Of a stretch of DNA of 24,000 bases, positions 15,934-23,151 are shown piece by piece. The stretch's first letter is position 1, and the number at the start of each line of letters is the position of its first letter. The DNA is from a bacterium (GTDB lineage: Bacteria > Patescibacteriota > Minisyncoccia > Phycocordibacterales > UBA5272), in NCBI GenBank assembly GCA_043778525.1, contig JAYWGA010000020.1:7317-31316 (forward strand), in the 5' to 3' direction. The position numbers were made by a program, and so were the translations under genes. Under the pieces are notes generated by a model that ran no database searches, was not told where the DNA came from, and saw only the letters and a list, made by a program, of their open reading frames with translations.

Positions 15934-15939
15934 TGTTTA

Positions 15940-15948
15940 ATTATATCA
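15940..15948 (-). promoter_or_regulatory. Extended -10 promoter (TGATATAAT on minus strand) for the deacetylase gene, leaderless-type spacing
   Basis: The minus strand reads TGATATAAT-TAAACA-ATG. Confidence 0.45.
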
Positions 15949-15994
15949 CGCAAACGTAGGCCTTTCCATTTCAAATTGCGTTTTCTGCTCCATA

Positions 15995-16753
15995 TTATAA
16001 TTTTTTATATTTACCATTTCCTAAAAATTCTATATAATTTTTATCTCTCAGTAATTGTAATTGCTGCCTAAGTTTATCCTTTATGTGTTTGTTTTTAGTA
16101 AATATTTCCTCAAGTCTTGCTTTGTGCTTGTAAATATCTTGAAGTGTAAAATAGTTTTTACACTTGTCTACGATTTTTAAAACTTCAAAAGCCCATCCAC
16201 GTTTTTCTAAATTATCTATTTTAAAATTTTTAGTCTTATTCCAGTTTTCTTTTATAATCTTTTTATCTACGATTTCTCCATTTTTAATTAAAAAGATTTT
16301 TCCAATATCAGGTATTTCAGAATAAAGTATATTGCAACCAATCCAACCAGCCCTTTTAGCCGTATTTGAAAGTGGTTTTCTTTTTTCTATAATATTTTCA
16401 GTAAAAAAGTATTTGGGTATTGCTATCACATCTCTTACTATAAAATTTGCATTATAATTTAGAAAAATGAGATTGGGGTTATTGTTAGAATTAACTCTAT
16501 TTATCATTGTACTGTATGCACCGTCCACAATTTTTTTTGATACCATTCCTTTCTTTGATTTGAGTTCAAATTCTTCTTTACAATTTGAACAGTAAAAATC
16601 TGCGACAGGTGAATTGTTTTCAAATTGAGTTAAATTATTTAGACAGCTAACACAGTATCCGTTTTCTAGATACCAAGGCTCAGTCATCACTCTAGCTTTT
16701 TGTGAAGAGCTTTTGTAATCTGTACTTGTATATTTTTCTAAAGATAATGTCAT
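15995..16753 (-). CDS. dpnC: DpnI-type methylation-dependent type IIM restriction endonuclease (G-m6A-TC specific family)
   Basis: Collinear similarity to my recollection of S. pneumoniae DpnI over the whole length. Shared segments: YKSSSQKARVMTE, YC.SC.N.L..FENN.PVADFYC..C.EEFELKSKKG, DGAY.TM..RV...NNPN, RKPL..TA.RAGWIGCNI, and the C-terminal wHTH end NKHIKDKLRQQLQLLRDKNYIEFLGNGKYKKL. Confidence 0.9.
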   Translation of the reverse strand: MTLSLEKYTSTDYKSSSQKARVMTEPWYLENGYCVSCLNNLTQFENNSPVADFYCSNCKEEFELKSKKGMVSKKIVDGAYSTMINRVNSNNNPNLIFLNYNANFIVRDVIAIPKYFFTENIIEKRKPLSNTAKRAGWIGCNILYSEIPDIGKIFLIKNGEIVDKKIIKENWNKTKNFKIDNLEKRGWAFEVLKIVDKCKNYFTLQDIYKHKARLEEIFTKNKHIKDKLRQQLQLLRDKNYIEFLGNGKYKKL

Positions 16754-16794
16754 TTAAAATTTGTTAGCTTATATTTTTCTCCTATAAATAAATT

Positions 16795-17628
16795 TTATTC
16801 ATAGTCATTGATATTAATTGTATTTAGTTTTTGAAGGCCATATACAGGATCTTCTAAAAATTTTTTGATAAAATACTTACCTTTATTCGTCACTGATATT
16901 TTGTCTTCTTTTTGATCTATTTCTATAATCCCATTACTATGGCAATAGGCTAATATGTCTTTTGGAATTTCGAATTGTACTTCGCCACTAAAATTATTTT
17001 TTTCTTTTACTTTAGCATTTTTTTCATAGTAGGATTCTATAATTTTATCAAACTTATATGAAAAATTAAGCACTTTAAACTTTTGATAATCACGTATCCA
17101 TTGTATCGTGGGATCTGTTTCTTTTATAATCTTCTCTAATTGAGACCTATTTATTTCTGCTGTTTTTTTCTTAACCTCTTCACTTAAGATGGCGTTTTCA
17201 GATTTTATAACCTCAACCTCTTTTTTATTCCGTGCTATCTCAGCGTCTTTATGTTTCGCATATAAAAAATCGTATAAAGATTTTTCATCGAAGCTATTAA
17301 ATTTCTTAAATACTATTGAATAGATGATAGCGCTTATAAAAACTGGAATTAAATATATTGATACATAAATATTTATTTTTTCTAAAAAAAGATAAGTATT
17401 ATTTTTTATAAAATCTGGAAGAGCTGTATACTTACTCCAATTAGAATAAACTAGCTTGTCTGCTATGTCTGCTCTTCCAAAAAATATGTATAGAATAATA
17501 CCTTTATTCCAGAGTATAAAAGATAAAATATAAACTCTAAAAACAGAAGACGTAGGAGGGCTATTTAAAAAATCATACATTAAATCTGCCCAGCTTTTAT
17601 TCTTATCCACAATTTGAGATTCACTCAT
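16795..17628 (-). CDS. Hypothetical membrane protein: 2 predicted TM helices + coiled coil + C-terminal winged-helix-like domain
   Basis: 277 aa. Hydrophobic segments VFRVYILSFILWNKGIILYIFF and IYVSIYLIPVFISAIIYSIVF, then a charged heptad-like stretch (KDAEIARNKKEVEVIKSENAILSEEVKKKTAEINRSQLEKIIKE). The C-terminus ILAYCHSNGIIEIDQKEDKISVTNKGKYFIKKFL resembles a wHTH. It lies 41 nt upstream of dpnC on the same strand. No family recognised. Confidence 0.6.
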   Translation of the reverse strand: MSESQIVDKNKSWADLMYDFLNSPPTSSVFRVYILSFILWNKGIILYIFFGRADIADKLVYSNWSKYTALPDFIKNNTYLFLEKINIYVSIYLIPVFISAIIYSIVFKKFNSFDEKSLYDFLYAKHKDAEIARNKKEVEVIKSENAILSEEVKKKTAEINRSQLEKIIKETDPTIQWIRDYQKFKVLNFSYKFDKIIESYYEKNAKVKEKNNFSGEVQFEIPKDILAYCHSNGIIEIDQKEDKISVTNKGKYFIKKFLEDPVYGLQKLNTININDYE

Positions 17629-17835
17629 ATTTTTATTTAAATTTTTTGCTACGATGTCTGGTCTAGTACGAGTGACGTACGTGTGTGTAAGGGTTTTCGA
17701 GCGGATTATATCTATTAGCCTGACCCCTCTAGGTCGTTCTTTTACAAGTGGAAAAATTGTATTTGCTGTGATTTTGCTGTGAAAATCGATGTTATTTTAT
17801 AAAATAAAAACCCATAAGTATTGTATACTTATGGT

Positions 17836-18207
17836 ATGTCTAATATTAAAACTCTTAAACCTTTTCTACCAGGTCATGATCCCAGAAGAAACATCAAAGG
17901 AAGGATATCAAAACCTGTGAGTGAGACAGGTATCTTTAAAAGGCTTCTTCTCGAACATATGCAAAAGAAAGTAATAGTCGGCGGTGAGGAGAGAAGAATC
18001 ATGGATATTATAGTAGAGAGAATTGTAAATGATGCCGCAAAAGGTAAAGCTAGCGCAATCAAACTTATACTAGATAGAACTGAGGGGAAGAGCCCAACCC
18101 AGAAAGCACTGTTTGCAAAAATGGATGGGGAAGAAAGAGGTGTTGGTGGATATGAAATACCAGAGGAGGATATGGCACGTTTGCGCAAGATTTTTGGAGA
18201 TACGTAA
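17836..18207 (+). CDS. Phage-type small protein, DUF5681-like (small-terminase-associated family look-alike)
   Basis: LKPFLPGHDPRRNIKGR resembles the 'F.pGqSGNP.GRPkG' N-terminal motif. IVNDAAKGKASAIKLILDRTEGKS resembles 'A..Gd..A.kl.ldR.eGKp'. G+C is visibly higher than in flanking genes. The start is set at ATG 17836, 6 nt after the TATACT -10 at 17824-17829. The track used TTG 17821. Confidence 0.5.
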   Translation: MSNIKTLKPFLPGHDPRRNIKGRISKPVSETGIFKRLLLEHMQKKVIVGGEERRIMDIIVERIVNDAAKGKASAIKLILDRTEGKSPTQKALFAKMDGEERGVGGYEIPEEDMARLRKIFGDT

Positions 18208-18297
18208 GAATGTATGAAGTCTTAGAAGATCGACCTTCTTCCCAAGACTTACACACTTTAACTTACTTAAAAATATTTGTGTAGTCCGAGTTATCCA

Positions 18298-18609
18298 CTA
18301 TTTCATTCCGAGATCATTCATGTCTTTATAGAGCTCCTCCCTCTCTTTTTCACTCAAACGCTCTATTTCTAATTTGTTAATTCTTTCTAAACCTTCGTCT
18401 TTTGATAGGCCTATTTTTTCTGAAAGAACAAAAAATCTAAGATCATTTAAGATTTGAAAGACATGGATAAATTTCTTATGTCTTTCAATTGTGTGATTAG
18501 TGCCAAGCCACAGAAGCATAAGAATAAAAACTGCTATATTAGTTTTATCTAAACCAAATATTAAAAATGCGAAAAATATTATAAGAAGCCAATTGTATAT
18601 TGTTTTCAT
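18298..18609 (-). CDS. Small hypothetical 2-TM membrane protein with charged C-terminal helix
   Basis: 103 aa. Hydrophobic segments WLLIIFFAFLIFGL and IAVFILMLLWLG, then an E/K-rich tail. It is preceded by a long structured leader. No homology recognised. Confidence 0.55.
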   Translation of the reverse strand: MKTIYNWLLIIFFAFLIFGLDKTNIAVFILMLLWLGTNHTIERHKKFIHVFQILNDLRFFVLSEKIGLSKDEGLERINKLEIERLSEKEREELYKDMNDLGMK

Positions 18610-18810
18610 AAACTTTGGACGGTTTTATTATGAAGGATCTTGCTAGGTAGCAAAAAGCTCCTAGCCAGTTCCGGCATATCCCGTGAAATATACCCATACC
18701 CGTTTCCAGGTATGACCGTCCAAAGTAGACTCTGACTAGGAGTTTTTTACTTTGGACGGATTTGGCGACCATATCCTATTGCTAGGGGTTAGGTCTCTAT
18801 ATTAAGTTGT
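18610..18810 (-). promoter_or_regulatory. ~200-nt structured 5' leader / candidate cis-regulatory RNA with alternative helices
   Basis: Three copies of a 12-mer: 18612-18623 and 18748-18759 are direct copies, and 18715-18727 is inverted. Internal hairpins lie at 18642-18665 (GCTAGG...CCTAGC), 18695-18714 (CATACC...GGTATG) and 18775-18786 (CCTA-GCAA-TAGG on the minus strand). The region is G+C-rich relative to its surroundings. The proximal 12-mer ends 2 nt from the ATG. Confidence 0.5.
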
Positions 18811-18816
18811 AAATTT

Positions 18817-18825
18817 ATTATACCA
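18817..18825 (-). promoter_or_regulatory. Extended -10 promoter (TGGTATAAT on minus strand) driving the structured leader
   Basis: A perfect TGnTATAAT on the minus strand about 205 nt upstream of ATG 18609. This contrasts with the 6-14 nt spacing seen at other genes in this window. Confidence 0.45.
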
Positions 18826-18882
18826 TTTTACTTGGTATTTTTATACTGTAGCTTACATTCAAACTATTGTGTAGTCATAAAG

Positions 18883-21800
18883 CTAATCACTTAAGAAGTG
18901 GCATAATTGAAGATATCTTTGAAAAAGTTTTTTACACATATCTTTATCATTTATAAGCTCATATGCTTTCATCATATTCACAAAACCTCCGTGTCCAGTA
19001 TTTTTATATAGATGTAGTTCCATCTCTTTTTTCATCCTAAGATCACCTAGAGCAACCGAAACTCCTAAGTAAAAATATGGCGAATTAGAAGTAAACCAAT
19101 CAGTGTGTGGAAAGGTATATCGAGTCAGAGTTTCTGTAAATGGCGCAATATTACCAAGGTACTTAAAGGTTCTGTTCAGGAGTAGCTCCCAAGAATCTCT
19201 ATTTGAAATCACAATTCCATTTTTATAATCTTCTAATTTTTTATAAAATCTTTTGATTTTTGCCTTGTTGGTCAATCCAATCAAAATCTTATGTAAATCT
19301 TTGTTAGATATTTTATTTGTATCATCACTATTATTTTTCTCATCAAACTCAACATTCACTGTTTTATTATATTTATTACAAAGCTCAATGTAAGAAACTT
19401 TTAAATCCTTATAGTCTATATCTCTAAGGAAATAGGTTATGCCTTCTGTTTTCATCTCTTCAACTAAGTTGTAGGCAATTTCAAATGCAGCCTTCTTGTC
19501 CTCTTCGGAATATATTGGTGATTTTGACACCTCTACATAAACTTTAATCTTATGCTCATAACTGTCAGAGTTTGGTTTGTTATCGTGATTATAATCTTGC
19601 CTGTACTCGAGAATACCCTCTTTAATCTCATCAAGATCAGTACCGATTCTCACCTTGCCCAATAAGATGTATGTATTAGCCTGATTGTTATAATTTCTGT
19701 AACCCTTATCCTTGATTAAAGTCTTTCTTAATTCATTTGCAAATGAAATATCAAATTTTGAGGCTAACTCAATAACATTGTAAGGTCCTTTCCATGTCAC
19801 AGCCCCATCTGTAAAACTTGAAACATGGAGAGTGAGTTCAAAAATTTCAGATAAGTACTTCTTTATATTTTCAGTAGTCTCACAGTTATTTCTTATGAGA
19901 ATTTCTAAGGAGTCCACTAGCTGATGACTGACCAAGGAATCTTTTCTCCATCCATGCCTTAGAACACTTTCTTTTAAACCTTTTACAAAGTATTCTCTGG
20001 CTTTTTGTTGGTCAATTTTTGAATAAAATAATGATAGAGAAAAACAATCATTAACTAAGGATTGATAATCATCAAATTTTTTGAGCTGGACTTCAATTTT
20101 ATTTAAATCAGTCTGATTAATTAACTTATCAAACAGTTCTTTGTTTATAGATACTAATTTGTAGTAAAAACTCCAAGGAATTATGCCTGATTCTGGTCCT
20201 AGTAACTTTTCCTTTAGAATAAATAGGTCTTCAACCTTTATAGTGGTTACAAGCGACTTACTAAAGATCTGCGCCCAAAGGAAAGAGATATCTGTTTTTA
20301 GATAGCGATCAAGTCTGTCATCTCTCTCTTTTATATAAGAAAAATAATTTCTTAACACGAGCCCAATTGTAGATTTAGTTTTAATAATATTTATATATGA
20401 GTCAAAAAGTGCTGAGTATAGTTCAAGCTCATCTAAGTATTTAAAATTATCATTCGGGTCATTATTTATTTGGCTAAATTTATTTTCATTTAAAGCATAT
20501 GAAATTATTGAAAACTTATGTGGAATGTTATACATATGCCAATCCACCTTCCTTTCGTTTCTCGTTTTTACCAAAAGTTGTTTTAGTAAAGTAGTCTCTT
20601 CATCATTAAGACTCAATCCAAAGTATGTCTTGTAAAATGAGATGTGGTAGTTTTCTTCCCCGAAGGTTACGTTTTCTAGAATTAAACGTTTCTTGATCAA
20701 ATTTTGTATCTTTCTATTTACTAAAAGTGTATTAATTCCATCGAATGACAAGAGCACTCCTAGTAAGGCGTTAAACTCAAAAGTGTCTAACTTGTTTAAG
20801 TTACTAATTAAAAACTTATCATCAACTGATAAAATTGCATAATAAAAAGAGTTTATTAATTTCTCCTTATTGTTTTCTCTTGAAAAACTTTTATCATTCT
20901 CATTCTCGTAAAATTTATAATTTACGCGAATTTGATCTTCCAAAACCTTTGAGGCACTACGTTTTTTTATAACAATCAATATATAAATAAAGTCTGACCA
21001 ATGTTGCCAAAACGGATCTGTAACATGGGTATTTTCACTTTTGTTTTTGAAAAAATCCTTCTCGTGGAATATATCTTGAATTTTAGATATGTGAGTAATT
21101 ATTTTCTGCGAAAACTCTTTTTTACCGCTCTTCCAAAAAATAACAGCATTCTCTATCATTGGTCCGATAGAGCTCCAAGCTCCAGATAACTTGTCATTTA
21201 TTTTATAGTCATTTTTATCCTTATCCCATGCATCAAAAGTTTTATTTAAATAGTCTAAATCCAAAAAAAACATCTTTTTCATTTTAAAACTATCACTTTC
21301 CAACAATTCTTCCATCACCCCAGGCTCTTGATTTGCAAGTGCGGGAATAAATTCTGAAGAATTATGATAATAAGCATCATCAACTCCGTATCCAGTATGA
21401 TTGCCAAGATATACATCGAGTAAATTTATATCAAGTAATCCCACAATATCATTATTTTTTTCATAACATTTTCTTAAATACTTTAAGAAGTATTGTTCGA
21501 AAAAGTCACGATTAGAGAGAACATCTGTACGACGTAGTATAAATGGATCTTTTTCATATTCTAATTTTAATCTCTGTATAAAGAAAAACTCTTGATACCT
21601 TCTGTGTCGATAGATATAGTCGAGTCTCGTTTCATTATCTAAATAACTATTTTCAAAAAATAGATCAGTGAGATAGTTTAATATCTCATTTGTCGAGTTG
21701 TAATCCGCCCTAGGAAAGATGCTAGCAATAATGTCTTGAAGTTCTGATTTCGGTAATCTAAACTGAAATTTCTGATAGGAGCGAAAGGATATCTCTTGAT

Positions 21801-23148
21801 TCAGAGTAAGTATTTTTTCTGGTTTCTCATCCAAAATATTTAAAGTCTCAATATTTTTCTTATGATCAGGGGAATACAGAAGAATCTGCACATTCTCTTC
21901 AATTAAATCAGCAACTGTACTTTTCTCATTTAGTTCTTCTATGGTATCCCACAGTAATTTTATAAATAAAATATCCACTATCTCAGAGATTAGTAATTTA
22001 TTATTTTTCTTAAGTTTGCTTAGGTATTTATCTTTTATCTTGTTGTTTTTACTCTTAAAGTAAAGATCGATATAAGTATTATCTAAGCTTGAAAAGCAAA
22101 AATGCTCAGCCTTAGGTAAGTAAACTGCAGCTCTTGTTTTATTAGAATTACCAGATCGACAAGATATAATAATTTTTTTGGTTGTACTTAATTGTTCTAG
22201 GTTTCTTATGTAAAAAAGTGTCTGATCTGCCTTTTCTGGACTCAACTCGTCGAGACCATCAAATATATAAATGAAATCAAGTTTCTTGTTTCTAACCGAG
22301 AAATCATTTTGCCTATCCCTTATAAGACCCTCCAGATTTTCATTCACGCAATCTTTAAGATTAATAATCATGGGGATTGCTTTGTTCTGTGCCCACACTG
22401 CCAACATCTCTTTTTTGTTTTTCTTATTTAATCCTGAAAAATCTCTAAAAAGAGCGTGTGAAAAAATACTCTTACCAGAACCTGGATGTCCTAGCAGTAA
22501 AAATACCTTTTGTTTTCTTGAAAGAATGCTTTTAACTGGATCCACCATTATTTTGTTGTTACTAGACAGTGGTAACTTAAGATATCCTTCTGACTGAATA
22601 AATGTTTGTATGCTTAAATTAGAGTCATTTTTAATAAAAGAGTAATTATCAGCTTCTCCAAAGTAGATCTGTCCCAAGTCCAAATTACCTGGTTGATTTA
22701 ATGAAATTGAGAAATTTCCAGGATCAAACCAAGATATTTCAATCTTTAATTCTTTAGCAGAGTCAATTAATACCTGCTCTTCAGATGAAACTGTAGTACT
22801 TTTTTTACTACTTTCACTTCGTAATTTATTCACATAAAAAATTACATTATTAAGTTTTGGGTGCTTAGCCTTAGCTTTTCTTAAACCATCCTCCAAGCTT
22901 TTATAATTAATATTTGATTCAAAAAATTTTGACTGAAAACCGATAACTCTTTTACCAACAGAAACTGGAGGCTTCTCTATACCTGTTTGATTTCGATAAC
23001 CAGAAATTCCATCTGATATTTTATAAGTTCTACAAAACAGAAAATAACAAAGTTGCTCAAAAGAACCCTCTGGGTCGCCATTTTCTAACCTAAACTTGTC
23101 GAAGTTAACATTTACTATATTTTCAGTCTGTTTTTTAGTTGTAGACAT
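18883..23148 (-). CDS. STAND/NACHT-type NTPase (NLR-like/Avs-like) with N-terminal Mrr-like PD-(D/E)xK nuclease module and ~1000-aa helical C-terminal region
   Basis: N-terminus: FEQLCYFLFCRTY...QTGIEKPPVSVGKRVIGFQSKFF resembles Mrr_cat 'FE.l...ll...G...D.GID.....vQcKr'. Walker A LLLGHPGSGKS (aa 217-227; nt 22468-22491 for GHPGSGKS). NACHT-style Walker B IYIFDGLDEL (aa 293-302). Then IIISCRSG, followed by about 1000 aa of largely helical-looking sequence with no motif recognised. The start codon lies 3 nt after the hsdS stop. Confidence 0.85.
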   Translation of the reverse strand: MSTTKKQTENIVNVNFDKFRLENGDPEGSFEQLCYFLFCRTYKISDGISGYRNQTGIEKPPVSVGKRVIGFQSKFFESNINYKSLEDGLRKAKAKHPKLNNVIFYVNKLRSESSKKSTTVSSEEQVLIDSAKELKIEISWFDPGNFSISLNQPGNLDLGQIYFGEADNYSFIKNDSNLSIQTFIQSEGYLKLPLSSNNKIMVDPVKSILSRKQKVFLLLGHPGSGKSIFSHALFRDFSGLNKKNKKEMLAVWAQNKAIPMIINLKDCVNENLEGLIRDRQNDFSVRNKKLDFIYIFDGLDELSPEKADQTLFYIRNLEQLSTTKKIIISCRSGNSNKTRAAVYLPKAEHFCFSSLDNTYIDLYFKSKNNKIKDKYLSKLKKNNKLLISEIVDILFIKLLWDTIEELNEKSTVADLIEENVQILLYSPDHKKNIETLNILDEKPEKILTLNQEISFRSYQKFQFRLPKSELQDIIASIFPRADYNSTNEILNYLTDLFFENSYLDNETRLDYIYRHRRYQEFFFIQRLKLEYEKDPFILRRTDVLSNRDFFEQYFLKYLRKCYEKNNDIVGLLDINLLDVYLGNHTGYGVDDAYYHNSSEFIPALANQEPGVMEELLESDSFKMKKMFFLDLDYLNKTFDAWDKDKNDYKINDKLSGAWSSIGPMIENAVIFWKSGKKEFSQKIITHISKIQDIFHEKDFFKNKSENTHVTDPFWQHWSDFIYILIVIKKRSASKVLEDQIRVNYKFYENENDKSFSRENNKEKLINSFYYAILSVDDKFLISNLNKLDTFEFNALLGVLLSFDGINTLLVNRKIQNLIKKRLILENVTFGEENYHISFYKTYFGLSLNDEETTLLKQLLVKTRNERKVDWHMYNIPHKFSIISYALNENKFSQINNDPNDNFKYLDELELYSALFDSYINIIKTKSTIGLVLRNYFSYIKERDDRLDRYLKTDISFLWAQIFSKSLVTTIKVEDLFILKEKLLGPESGIIPWSFYYKLVSINKELFDKLINQTDLNKIEVQLKKFDDYQSLVNDCFSLSLFYSKIDQQKAREYFVKGLKESVLRHGWRKDSLVSHQLVDSLEILIRNNCETTENIKKYLSEIFELTLHVSSFTDGAVTWKGPYNVIELASKFDISFANELRKTLIKDKGYRNYNNQANTYILLGKVRIGTDLDEIKEGILEYRQDYNHDNKPNSDSYEHKIKVYVEVSKSPIYSEEDKKAAFEIAYNLVEEMKTEGITYFLRDIDYKDLKVSYIELCNKYNKTVNVEFDEKNNSDDTNKISNKDLHKILIGLTNKAKIKRFYKKLEDYKNGIVISNRDSWELLLNRTFKYLGNIAPFTETLTRYTFPHTDWFTSNSPYFYLGVSVALGDLRMKKEMELHLYKNTGHGGFVNMMKAYELINDKDMCKKLFQRYLQLCHFLSD

Positions 23149-23151
23149 AAA

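Noticed and set aside
17640-17740. Possible tRNA/tmRNA-like or other known small RNA in the G+C-rich intergenic stretch
   Set aside because: There is no T-loop (GTTCRANYC) and no acceptor-stem pairing. Only short local hairpins are present (GACC...GGTC). It is kept only as part of the foreign-patch observation.
17874-18188. 104-aa minus-strand ORF antisense to the DUF5681-like gene
   Set aside because: The plus-strand frame has recognisable phage-family motifs and a properly spaced -10 box. The antisense frame is Ser/Leu/Pro-rich shadow sequence.
18612-18760. Retron msr-msd-like ncRNA (flanking inverted repeats)
   Set aside because: No reverse transcriptase gene lies anywhere in the window, and the repeats are arranged direct-inverted-direct rather than as a single a1/a2 pair.
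18545-18772. 75-aa minus-strand ORF covering the structured region
   Set aside because: It overlaps the start of the better-supported 103-aa membrane ORF in another frame. It spans the repeat and hairpin elements and has no start-site support, so the region is better explained as RNA structure.
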